Below are positions 9,074 to 18,521 of a stretch of DNA of 64,000 nucleotides, piece by piece. The notes below the pieces were generated by a model. It was not told the origin of the DNA. It saw nothing but the letters and a program-made list of their open reading frames with translations, and ran no database searches. The first letter of the stretch is position 1; each line of letters starts with the position of its first letter. Made by a program: the position numbers and the translations under genes. The stretch is from Pseudomonadota bacterium (GTDB lineage Bacteria; Bdellovibrionota_C; UBA2361; OMII01): the NCBI GenBank assembly GCA_041178185.1, contig JBEGVS010000005.1, positions 14,103 to 78,102 on the forward strand, given 5' to 3'.

Positions 9074-11122
9074 GTGGCTGTCGACGGACTCCCTAACTCA
9101 CATCAGGATGACCTCAGTTGGCTCAAGGCCGGAGGCAAGGGGTCTGGTGCCCGCTTTGCGGCGATGGTCGTTTTGTGGTTTGGCGCGCTCGTTCTCTCCG
9201 TCCTGCTGATCTTTTTTATTCTTCACCAACTCCACGGAAGCCTCGATACCGCTCAATCCATTCAGCATCACCTCCTCGAACGCCAAGAGCCGTGGTCGGA
9301 GAGGATGGCTCAAGACCTTGAGAGCTATCGAGGGTGGTTGGAGCGGTACGGCACCGGAGCTGAGCTCTCGGTATTCGATGACATTTCAGCAGTGCTCGCT
9401 CAGAGCGCTCTTGCGATGTCCACCTCACCAAGCGAATCGCTTCTCGCATCCCTGTACGTCTCCGCTCACTCAGGAATCGTTCGAGCGCTCTTTCTCATCA
9501 TCGCCTCATTTCGCCTCTGGGTCGCAACCCTTCTTATCGCCGCATACTGCGGACTCACCTCCTATCGTCCGTACAAGGGCGACGACATCCTTGGACAAAC
9601 GGGCAATGGTAGACTCTTTTACTCCGGTGCCCGAGGTGGACTTGAGAACCTTGCGCCGTCAGGAGCCCCAGACGTGCTAGTGCGTGGATTGGCATGTCCG
9701 GACTACGCCACAAAAACGGAGACCCACGCCTCGTCGATCTGGAAGACCTTGAGCGAGTGGGGGGCTACCAACGCAACCAACGAGGCCCTTGCCGCGATAC
9801 TGACTAAGCATGGCGACACGGCATCATACATCCCCCGTCTTGAGGACGAGGGCATCTATGATCAGTGCTTTAAGGGCGCTTCGCTCAAAGAGCATGTACC
9901 AAACCTCCTTCAGGTGGCGTTGGAGCTTCATTCCTCGTACGCGTCGGGGAACTCTACCGATCTACCGGAGGACGCTCTGCCCGTGGATTCCTTACACGGC
10001 GCAAACTCTGAAACGTACGCTCGGGCACTTCAAGGAGCACTGCATCAGGTTCTTTCACCACACCTACGCACGCTCATCGGCCAGCTCTCCGCTCAGGAGG
10101 TAGCGACCTTCGTGCTTGCCCTCGAGAGTGGCAAGATTATCGCGCACTCGTACGAGGCGGGGAAATGGTTTCGACGCTCAAATTTCCCCCACTTGAGCGC
10201 GCGAGCCATCCTGCACTCAGTAGTTGCGTACCCTCGCGAGTTCGATTTCTTCTCCCGTCAACGAATACGACAGGCGTTGGTGTACGCATCTCGCACAAGC
10301 TCCTTTGCGCCCGTACGGATGCCGATCGGAATGACTGATGACATTTGGGCCCTTCGACAGTGGGCGGAGGTCCTCCTCGCGTCACCCCATGAATTATCAG
10401 ATGCGGTGCATGAGATCGAATTAGTGGGGCTTGTCCGCGCAGCTCACACCCGTTTCGAGCGAGAGGTGCTACCGAAGGCGCTCTCGTTCGTTCCCGAACT
10501 CACCACAACAAGTTTTACAACCATGTCGGATCTCTTCTTCCTCCCACTTGAGAGCATCGTTACCCTTCTTGGAAGGACCGTAGAGCCGCACATCCTCGCT
10601 CGCATCGCTCACCTGAGCTCGATCGTTGGCGTGAAGCAAAAGCAGAGGATTGAACGGGCCCAGGCATCAGAGGAGGGGGCAGGAACAACGCTCATCTACG
10701 ATCGGGTGTTCGCGCCTATCACAGACGAAGAGGTGGCGCAGTTAGCTAGTCTGCACACACTTAATCCCGCAGAGATTCGCGAATGGTCCTCACTTCGCAA
10801 CATCTTGGCTTCCTTTGGATGGCTCGCCCGACGAGTCGGCGACTACACCGTTCCCGAGAGCTCGATTATCTTCAGCGTTTTCAAAACCCCAGCGAACTAT
10901 CCCGGCGCCAATACCCTTAACCTGATCGGGAAGAGCGGTTTAGTTCCACTGCGCGGGTCCAAGTTTCGTGAGGTGTTGGGTGGCGACTGGGATAGAAAGT
11001 TCCAGAACTTCCAACGGGCGACTATGTCAGAGAGTAGGGAGGATTTCGAAAGGGTACTCAAGGGAATAGCGCAGGAGGTTGTGGAGGAGCCGATAACAGC
11101 TCCCCCGGCTTCCGTTTCATAA
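9074..11122 (+). CDS. hypothetical 682-aa inner-membrane protein encoded immediately upstream of, and probably co-transcribed with, the T4CP
   Basis: GTG at 9074 with an agagg RBS 8 nt upstream; alternative ATG at 9164. Two predicted TM helices (MVVLWFGALVLSVLLIFFIL and ALFLIIASFRLWVATLLIAAY), then ~500 aa of soluble sequence in which I see no recognisable motif (no Walker A, no relaxase HxH/Tyr motifs). The stop at 11122 is 12 nt before the T4CP ATG. Confidence 0.6.
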   Translation: MAVDGLPNSHQDDLSWLKAGGKGSGARFAAMVVLWFGALVLSVLLIFFILHQLHGSLDTAQSIQHHLLERQEPWSERMAQDLESYRGWLERYGTGAELSVFDDISAVLAQSALAMSTSPSESLLASLYVSAHSGIVRALFLIIASFRLWVATLLIAAYCGLTSYRPYKGDDILGQTGNGRLFYSGARGGLENLAPSGAPDVLVRGLACPDYATKTETHASSIWKTLSEWGATNATNEALAAILTKHGDTASYIPRLEDEGIYDQCFKGASLKEHVPNLLQVALELHSSYASGNSTDLPEDALPVDSLHGANSETYARALQGALHQVLSPHLRTLIGQLSAQEVATFVLALESGKIIAHSYEAGKWFRRSNFPHLSARAILHSVVAYPREFDFFSRQRIRQALVYASRTSSFAPVRMPIGMTDDIWALRQWAEVLLASPHELSDAVHEIELVGLVRAAHTRFEREVLPKALSFVPELTTTSFTTMSDLFFLPLESIVTLLGRTVEPHILARIAHLSSIVGVKQKQRIERAQASEEGAGTTLIYDRVFAPITDEEVAQLASLHTLNPAEIREWSSLRNILASFGWLARRVGDYTVPESSIIFSVFKTPANYPGANTLNLIGKSGLVPLRGSKFREVLGGDWDRKFQNFQRATMSESREDFERVLKGIAQEVVEEPITAPPASVS

Positions 11123-11134
11123 CTAAAAGGTATC

Positions 11135-13300
11135 ATGGCTCGAAACTATAAACGCACCGACTACCAAGCGCTCCGTCGAGAGGAGCTTCGGCGCGCCCTT
11201 GTTTCAAGCGGATTGGTATCGGCAGGGGTATTCGGTGCGGCGCTCTCTCCACTCCTTGCCAACCTGCCTCCAGCAGGGCTCATGGGACTTGGATTTCTCC
11301 CCGCTGCCGTACTCGGATCTGCCGCCTACACCTTCGCCAAGCAGCACTCTATTGAGCGAGCTCGTAAGCAGGAGTCCATCTTACGAGGGGGTAGGGAGGT
11401 GTTGGGGATGCCACCGGAACGAGATTGCTTCGGCAAAGCCCTTGAGGATGCTCGTAAGTCCGGAAAGAAGGTCCTTGATCGCTACTTGGTCGGATTCGAG
11501 CTCGACTCAGGTAAACCGCTGTGGGTTGATGACGACGAGATCTGCACACACGCGGCGGTGTTCGCAAAAACCGGCGTCGGAAAGACGCTCTGGCTAGAGT
11601 CCCTCATCTTTCAACAGATGGCGCGGGGACGTGCGAGCGGATGCACCTTCATCGACGCGAAGAGAGATTCAGCGACCCTCGCTCACATCATCTTGATGGC
11701 GCTCATCACGGGACGGATCGAGGACCTCGTAATCGTAGACCCATTTGACAGCGTTCATGCATACAACTTCGTCATGACAAATCAACGAGCCGACGTTAAG
11801 GCTCGTAAGGTGCTGCGTGCGGGGCTGCCTCCGACCTCTGACCAGAGCACCACCAAGCACTACGATCGACTCGCAGCGGACTCCATATATCGAATGGTTC
11901 GAGCCATGGAGAGCTTTGGGCTCGCCTGGTCGATACGTGATATCGCAGTTGCACTTTCTGCCTTTCAGCTTGCATATCCCCATCTCCGAAACATGCTCAA
12001 CAAGATCGGGGCTCGTCAGGCGATGGTCGAGCTTGGACACCTGGCGTCGAGCTACCGCAGCGTCAAGGGAGTGCTCGATACCGCTCGCATCACCGACAAC
12101 CTCCGGGGTATCGCTTCAGAGCTCCACGCGATATCTGGTAGCCAAGCTGGAGAGGTGTTCTGCACCAAGCACACCGATCTCGTGCTCACCGATGCGATCG
12201 TACGAGGGAAGATTATTTACTATATGCTTCCGCGGTTGGAAGAAGCTGAGAGCGCTGCCCGCATGGTGAAGGTTTTCCGCGAGGACCTTGAGGTCTCGAT
12301 CGGCGAGATAACATCCTCGCGGATTCACAATCTTGAGGACCCTCATCTGGTGATCATCGACGAGGGTTCCTCTACCTTTGGTCCAACTTGGGCAAACCTC
12401 TTTGAGCTCGCGCGCCGTGGTCGCTTCGCGCTCCTCTTCGGTGCTCAGTCGACGGGCGGGCTCACCGATGCCGCGATGGGGCTTAGCGAGGCGTTCTACG
12501 AGCGCGTCATGGCCAACGTTAATCTCAAGGTGATGATGCGAATCGGGGATAACCGAACCGCAGCTGACATGACCGAATGGTTTGGAAAGATCGCCTCCAC
12601 CAAGAAGTCTGTTGGAGCTGGCATCACCACCGGTATCCAAACGTCGCTACTCAAAGGATCCCTCGACCTGAATTCTCGCAGAACGGGTGGTGAATCTCAG
12701 TCGGTAAGCTACCAAGAAGCTGAAGAGGATCTCGTCAGCGCCGAGGAGCTCAAGCATGAGATGTCGGCGGAGAAGGGTTTGGCGTGGTTCGATCTCGGAA
12801 ATGGAAAGATCGTGAAAGGGCGCTCATTCTGGTTTAATGCCAACCTCCCGGAGACGTGGGAGGGGCGGGAGTTTATCGTTCATCCAGAGAAATTTGAGGT
12901 CGATGAGATCGGGCTCTCCGATTGGGTCGATGAGCAGATCCTCTCTCAGGAGCAGGACGAAACATCACAAAACTTCGCTCCTAAGGCGAAACCTGCGCCC
13001 GACCCTCAGGTGCCCCAACCGGACAAAAAAGGTACCGCTACCCAAAAGACTGTCACCGCTCCCGCCTCAGAACCCGTGCCTGATGGACCGTTCAGGCTCG
13101 GAGCGATCCCTAAGGGGGGAAGGCCGCGTGGCAGCGTTATGACCCTCAGCAGGCCAACCCCTCCACCTACAAAAGTGGTCGTAACGCAGGGCGCGCGCGT
13201 AGACCAGCGAGGAAAGGGGGGAGCAACGACCAATGAAAAGGGCCAACCGCCCGATAGCCCCAAAGGCCCGAAGACAGGTCCTTTCAAATTCAGAAAATAA
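11135..13300 (+). CDS. type IV coupling protein (TraD/VirD4/TraG-family ATPase), 721 aa, with a disordered Pro/Lys-rich C-terminal tail
   Basis: ATG at 11135 with an aaaagg RBS. Two N-terminal TM helices. Walker A AVFAKTGVGKT and Walker B HLVIIDEGSS. The last ~170 aa (QDETSQNFAPKAKPAPDPQVPQPDKKGTATQKT...PKGPKTGPFKFRK) are low-complexity. Confidence 0.8.
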   Translation: MARNYKRTDYQALRREELRRALVSSGLVSAGVFGAALSPLLANLPPAGLMGLGFLPAAVLGSAAYTFAKQHSIERARKQESILRGGREVLGMPPERDCFGKALEDARKSGKKVLDRYLVGFELDSGKPLWVDDDEICTHAAVFAKTGVGKTLWLESLIFQQMARGRASGCTFIDAKRDSATLAHIILMALITGRIEDLVIVDPFDSVHAYNFVMTNQRADVKARKVLRAGLPPTSDQSTTKHYDRLAADSIYRMVRAMESFGLAWSIRDIAVALSAFQLAYPHLRNMLNKIGARQAMVELGHLASSYRSVKGVLDTARITDNLRGIASELHAISGSQAGEVFCTKHTDLVLTDAIVRGKIIYYMLPRLEEAESAARMVKVFREDLEVSIGEITSSRIHNLEDPHLVIIDEGSSTFGPTWANLFELARRGRFALLFGAQSTGGLTDAAMGLSEAFYERVMANVNLKVMMRIGDNRTAADMTEWFGKIASTKKSVGAGITTGIQTSLLKGSLDLNSRRTGGESQSVSYQEAEEDLVSAEELKHEMSAEKGLAWFDLGNGKIVKGRSFWFNANLPETWEGREFIVHPEKFEVDEIGLSDWVDEQILSQEQDETSQNFAPKAKPAPDPQVPQPDKKGTATQKTVTAPASEPVPDGPFRLGAIPKGGRPRGSVMTLSRPTPPPTKVVVTQGARVDQRGKGGATTNEKGQPPDSPKGPKTGPFKFRK

Positions 13301-13650
13301 GGTGCCGAAACTACACGATTCCTTGAGCAAAAAGGTGTTATTGCAATTAGGTGGCCTTGGCGATAATCTGAAAGCCAGCTCGACTTTGGTAGCAAAGCGG
13401 GTCAATCGGCCTTCACTATCGTGAATCCGAGAAACTCGCAGAAGCTTTTCGGAAGCATCTCGAGCAGATCGAGCGATCGGAGTGCGACGCGGCGTATCAT
13501 CGACTGCGGACACGCTCGACCGCTCAGGGAAGAGTCATGTCGGATCGATCGGGAGCACAGGTCGATTGAATGTAACAAGGTACGGAGTAGGGCGCCATAT
13601 TCGAGGGGCGCGCACATCCCGAAAGGGTTTTAGAAGAGGTAAAGGTTTCT

Positions 13651-14130
13651 ATGTATCGCGGCGGTGTAACGTTCTCTATCAATAAATCCTTCGGACGCCT
13701 CCAACTCATTCCCGAAGCTCACGGCCTTCGTTTCTTCTACATTCCCATACTAGATGGCGTAGAATCACCAAACGCTCCAGGAAATCTCAACTTACTCCTT
13801 CCCATCGATGCAATAGGTGGACTGTGGGCAACAGCTCGCGCCTTCCTCTACGGCGTCGAATCGCTCGATGAAAACGTCATCCTTCAAAGCGGAGAGAGTG
13901 AGGGAGACTCAGATACTCTTATCAAGCTTTACCGTGACAAGCCTCGCGGACAGCAGGGACGCCTCAACGGTGAAGAGACCTGCTGGCTTCGTATCGTCAC
14001 CGGCCGCACCGAAGAGGAGCGTCGCCGAATTAAGCTTGGGCCCCGAGACCTGCTGTGCCTCGAGCTCGCCTGCAACTCGGTCATGATCCTCGCCGGTGAA
14101 GAGCGCACCCACCGACCTTCCCTCCAGTAG
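13651..14130 (+). CDS. hypothetical protein (159 aa)
   Basis: Lone ORF in the 1-kb gap between the T4CP and the convergent dehydrogenase gene. No motifs recognised; coding status uncertain. Confidence 0.25.
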   Translation: MYRGGVTFSINKSFGRLQLIPEAHGLRFFYIPILDGVESPNAPGNLNLLLPIDAIGGLWATARAFLYGVESLDENVILQSGESEGDSDTLIKLYRDKPRGQQGRLNGEETCWLRIVTGRTEEERRRIKLGPRDLLCLELACNSVMILAGEERTHRPSLQ

Positions 14131-14280
14131 TAAGGACTGTGTAGCCGTCGACGGGGAGAGGGGGTGCTTCACCACCCGCCCTGTTAGCCTCGTTGCGCTC
14201 AACTATATTATTGACCGATAAGTAAGGTTATCGGGACATATGAGGGTAGTTCCCGCATTACCGTGAGAACTCTAGCACCC

Positions 14281-16851
14281 CTACGGCTCATCCGGCTCTG
14301 TAAAGGCCCTGATTACGCTAGCCTTGCCAACTTGGCGCAGTACAGCCTTGGTACCCACCTTTACCTTACCCCTGAATACGGTGACGCCTCCCAAACGGTC
14401 ACGAACCGTCAACGTGATAGCGTACCAGCCGACCTTCCTAAAGGTTCTCGATACGGATGCGCCCGTCAGAACCTTTCTATCGGAGAACCTCCAGGTAAAC
14501 CGGAGCGGCTCTCCCTCCGGATCTCGCGACGCTCCCGCCTGAAGCCTAACCGTACGAGCCTTCAGTGAACGACTCTTAATACCGCGATTGGAGCCTAAGG
14601 TAACGGACACTGCCGGCGGCAGGTTTGAATACTGTGCCGTGAAGGTTCGCGCTTCGGTTCCGGTCACAAAGGTCCGCACCGGATCCGTGGAGCCATCGGA
14701 CCAGCGGATAAAGCTACGACCATTAGAGATGACGTTCGCGCTGATGGTTTGGCGCGAGCCCACGATCGGGTGGGCTACGTAGGGGGCCAATACCTCCTTC
14801 TCTTCGTCAATGTAGGCGATCTGGGCGCCGGGCGGCCTGCTCGCAAACGTGTAGGAGGTCGTGCGTGGCGGTATGGGACGGCACTTCTGATCGATGAGCT
14901 CCCCCTGCCCTTGAGCGCTCAAACACAGTTCGTAGGAGCAGTTGTCACAATGCTCCTCAGGTACAAACGAGCCCGTTGCTCCTGACACCTCACTCACGAG
15001 ATGTTCGTGAAGATTATGTCTTTGCAGAATGACCCACGACATCTCAACACCGCTGGATGGCTCTGTACGACCGCTAAAATTGACAGGTTTCCCGATCTCG
15101 TATCGATACGATTCAGCCGGAGCGTCGATAAAGGCGATCGGCGGATTGGCACCGGTACGGATCGTAAACGACTTGGTTGAGGCTGCAAACGGAGCGGTCG
15201 CTTCGCGTACGGTGAGTTCGGCCTTATAGGTACCAATATTCGTGTACACGTGCACCGGATTAGGCTCAGAGGATACATTGCCGTCTCCGAAATCCCACGA
15301 GAAGGTTATCGGCTGACCATCAGGATCGGCACTACCATCCGATGAGAAGCTCACAATTAGTGGGGTAGCGCCCACGAGCGGAGCCGCGGATGCCTTTATA
15401 GTTGGCGGATTGTTGCTCCCGACAATTGGGCGAAAGCGTCGCACCGCTCCCGTGCGGGTCTTTAGATCGAGAAACACACCGTAGATGTTTGAATCTGGTC
15501 CACTAATAAGCTGCACTGCGCCGAGATTAGAGCCAACCTCCTTAGCAAATTCATGCACGGTAGGAGCGCCATTCGCATCAAAGGTGAGGTACTTAATGAA
15601 GAGCCGCGCGTAATCGGCGAAAAAGAGCGCCCCCCGATATTTTTCCGGATAGGTCGTTCCTGAGTAGAATGCAACTCCGGTGATAGAGGCCCCGAGATCT
15701 TTTCCGGTGGCATCGTACGGATGTCGATAGGTGAAGAGTGGAGCCGTGACAACTCCAGGACCCTTAGCGTAGATGGCATTACAGAAATCAACCGTGGCGG
15801 GAGCCCGCTTAAAGCCAACCTGCCGCTCACTGACGGTCGCTTGGCCCTCCTGCTGCAAGCGGTCAGTGAATCCCCCCTCATAGCACGGCCACCCAAAGTT
15901 ACCCCCCTTCCCTACGTTAACCTCTTCGTAGTACGAGGTACCGACATCGCCCACGTACACCTGCCCGTTTGCGGGATTGATAGTGAAGCGAAACGGATTA
16001 CGGTATCCAAGGGACCACACCTTCGAACGATTGGACTCTGGATTGGCCGGGTCAAAAAATGGGTTCCCTGGCACACCCAGCCCGGTATCCGGATTCACCC
16101 GCACGACTCGACCGGACATCGCGTCTAAGTTCTGGGCGTTGAAAGCCACGGTTGATGGGTAGTCATAGTTCGCTGCATCGCCAAAGCTAGCCAAGAGCAT
16201 GCCGTCAGGGCCGAACATGAGGGACCCGGCGGTATGCGACAATGAATCCACAGGAAGGCAATCCTGTAGAGGAGTTCCGGCCATGGTAAGCCCCGTCATG
16301 CACGAGGCTCGTTCAGGATAGACAACCCCCGACGAGGTTGGCGGCGGTGCGATGAACTCAGGCTTGCTGTTCTTCCCAAGAATAATCTCCTCGCTACCCG
16401 CAAGAGCCACGTTGTATCCCCGTGCAGCATCCGCGGCGTATCGAACAACCCTGATCAGCCGCGAATCCTTTCCGTCCGGGGTGAATCCTGGAGGGTCCCA
16501 CACGTACGCGAGATACACATACGGTTTACTCGGGAAGCTGGGGTCCACTGCGATGCCGAGCAGTCCTCGGTCCGTGGATTTGTTGACGATCGTTGAGATA
16601 TCAAGAAAGGGGGTCGGTAGGAGCTGTCCGTTTTGTACCACGCGCACCGCTCCATCTTTCAGAGCGACAAATATTCGGGAATCCGGGGCGAATGCTATGG
16701 CGGTTGAGATGGGGATCCCCTCAACCACAACCTCCTCTATAAAGCGCTCGCCCGCGGCGAATTGCGATTCGGCTAACACCTCGACGCTTGATATGACCCC
16801 AAAAAAAACAAAGACAGAGACGATCACCTTAACAAGACGTCCACCTATCAT
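14281..16851 (-). CDS. secreted PQQ-dependent soluble sugar (glucose/sorbosone) dehydrogenase-like beta-propeller protein with C-terminal PKD domain(s), 856 aa
   Basis: ATG at 16851; signal peptide LVKVIVSVFVFFGVISSVEVLA. SGDH-family motifs are present (GLLGIAVDP, VWSLGYRNPFRFTINPANGQVYVGDVG, GGNFGWPCYEG). C-terminal PKD signature PITFSWDFGDG. Confidence 0.7.
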   Translation of the reverse strand: MIGGRLVKVIVSVFVFFGVISSVEVLAESQFAAGERFIEEVVVEGIPISTAIAFAPDSRIFVALKDGAVRVVQNGQLLPTPFLDISTIVNKSTDRGLLGIAVDPSFPSKPYVYLAYVWDPPGFTPDGKDSRLIRVVRYAADAARGYNVALAGSEEIILGKNSKPEFIAPPPTSSGVVYPERASCMTGLTMAGTPLQDCLPVDSLSHTAGSLMFGPDGMLLASFGDAANYDYPSTVAFNAQNLDAMSGRVVRVNPDTGLGVPGNPFFDPANPESNRSKVWSLGYRNPFRFTINPANGQVYVGDVGTSYYEEVNVGKGGNFGWPCYEGGFTDRLQQEGQATVSERQVGFKRAPATVDFCNAIYAKGPGVVTAPLFTYRHPYDATGKDLGASITGVAFYSGTTYPEKYRGALFFADYARLFIKYLTFDANGAPTVHEFAKEVGSNLGAVQLISGPDSNIYGVFLDLKTRTGAVRRFRPIVGSNNPPTIKASAAPLVGATPLIVSFSSDGSADPDGQPITFSWDFGDGNVSSEPNPVHVYTNIGTYKAELTVREATAPFAASTKSFTIRTGANPPIAFIDAPAESYRYEIGKPVNFSGRTEPSSGVEMSWVILQRHNLHEHLVSEVSGATGSFVPEEHCDNCSYELCLSAQGQGELIDQKCRPIPPRTTSYTFASRPPGAQIAYIDEEKEVLAPYVAHPIVGSRQTISANVISNGRSFIRWSDGSTDPVRTFVTGTEARTFTAQYSNLPPAVSVTLGSNRGIKSRSLKARTVRLQAGASRDPEGEPLRFTWRFSDRKVLTGASVSRTFRKVGWYAITLTVRDRLGGVTVFRGKVKVGTKAVLRQVGKASVIRAFTEPDEP

Positions 16852-17201
16852 AGTCCCCTCTCAGCACAGCGATGTTGTAGGTACGCAGTGATAGCGCCGC
16901 TTAGGGGGATATCATATGAGCTAGATCAAAGGACGAGAGCGGCGGATTTACTCGCACCCATCTCTCGGGAGACCCACCCCAGTATCGGTTAACACTCGTT
17001 GAGCATGCCGTTTATCTTCCGGGACCCTCGTGCGATGTCCCCTTGAACCGCATACTTAGCGAGACATTCCCGTCCTTGGGACCTTTCGCAAAGGTGTCCT
17101 CATTTTGCACTTAACTTTTCCACTAGACTGCCGAATACACTATGTGGAGCGCCCTGCTCTTCTCAGGGTTATCGATTTCGGATCACGATCGGCCGCTATT
17201 C

Positions 17202-18521
17202 ATGGGAACCATTTCACTCTGCATGATAGTCAAGAACGAGGAGCACACTCTGGGTCGCTGCTTATCAAGCGTGCGCGCCGTCGTGGACGAGATACTTGTA
17301 GTCGACACCGGCTCTACGGACCGAACGGTCGCTATCGCGCACGCTTTCGGTGCTCAGGTATTCCACGCCAATTGGGAGAATGACTTCTCACGCGCTAGAA
17401 ATTTCTCCCTCAGTAAGGCTACCAAGGATTGGATACTGGTCCTCGATGCTGATGAGGAGATAAACCCCCTCGACCACCCTCGGCTCCGCGAGATGACCCA
17501 GGACCCCACAAAGTGCTACTCCCTTCATCAACGCCACTACACCAACGATCTCCGAATTAACAACGCTCGGCGGTGCAGCGGCGAGCACCCGGCGATGGAG
17601 CGTGACTTTCAGGGATATTTCCAAAGCTCGTTGATTCGGTTGTGGCCGAACCATCGAGGTATCGTGTACGAGGGGATCGTACATGAATCGGTCACCTCCT
17701 CGGTCTCGTTGTGTACCGATCTCTCCGTTCAAGAGACCTCGTTTCTCATTCATCACTACGGCTTCACCGTGCACTCCTCTTCAGGACGAGAAGGCGTCAA
17801 GGGCAAGCTCTACACAGACCTTGGTCTTGAGAAGATTATACGAGAGCCCGACAATTGGCAGGCCTACTATGAGCTCGGGATTGAGCATAACCTCGCCGGG
17901 AGAATCCCCGAAGCTATCGCTGCATTCAAGGAAGCGGTACGGATCGATCCAACCCAACTTTGGGCGTGGAGCAATCTCGCGCACGTGCTCTCCGCGCACG
18001 GAGAGACTCAAGAGGCGCAGGCTGCATTCACACGAGCGCTCGCAATCGATCCCACCTGCAAGGAGGTACTGTGTAACTACGGACTCTTCTTCTATCGTCA
18101 CCGCTACTATTCCGACGCGGAAAAGGTTCTCAGAAAGGCTGTCACCGTGGATCCGTTGTTCGTGCCGGCTTGGTGTAACCTTGCGCTCGTGCTGTCCCGA
18201 TCGGGTAGAACAGCTCAAGCAGCACTCATATATAAAAGAGCTATTCAGGTTAATCCCCATTGCGTTACGGCGAGAGCTGCTCTCGCCTCGCTTTATAACG
18301 ATGTCGGAGACTTCAGAAAAGCTCGCGAGTGCGTTGAACCGGTCCGCGAACTTCCAGACCCACACAACGCCTTAGCGCTCCTCGCACTCGGGATCGCTTT
18401 GAAAGGGCTCTCGCATACCCAAGACTCCCTCTCGGTATTCTCACGCTTACTGGACGATCCTGACACAACGATGGAGGTGCGAGCCCTTGCGCATGACCAT
18501 ATGATGTCACTGGCTCACTAA
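17202..18521 (+). CDS. family-2 glycosyltransferase fused to C-terminal TPR repeats
   Basis: The ORF opens at 17142; the ATG at 17202 gives MGTISLCMIVKNEEHTLGRCLSSV..DTGSTDRT..LVLDADEE, with GT2 DxD-type motifs. The C-terminal half has TPR-like repeats (AYYELGIEHNLAGRIPEAIAAFKEAVRIDP; WSNLAHVLSAHGETQEAQAAFTRALAIDP). Confidence 0.7.
   Translation: MGTISLCMIVKNEEHTLGRCLSSVRAVVDEILVVDTGSTDRTVAIAHAFGAQVFHANWENDFSRARNFSLSKATKDWILVLDADEEINPLDHPRLREMTQDPTKCYSLHQRHYTNDLRINNARRCSGEHPAMERDFQGYFQSSLIRLWPNHRGIVYEGIVHESVTSSVSLCTDLSVQETSFLIHHYGFTVHSSSGREGVKGKLYTDLGLEKIIREPDNWQAYYELGIEHNLAGRIPEAIAAFKEAVRIDPTQLWAWSNLAHVLSAHGETQEAQAAFTRALAIDPTCKEVLCNYGLFFYRHRYYSDAEKVLRKAVTVDPLFVPAWCNLALVLSRSGRTAQAALIYKRAIQVNPHCVTARAALASLYNDVGDFRKARECVEPVRELPDPHNALALLALGIALKGLSHTQDSLSVFSRLLDDPDTTMEVRALAHDHMMSLAH

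Noticed and set aside
13006-13513. Minus-strand ORFs 13006..13395 and 13067..13513 overlapping the T4CP C-terminus
   Set aside because: They are antisense to the Pro-rich tail of a Walker-motif-supported gene. Low-complexity coding sequence readily generates long antisense ORFs.
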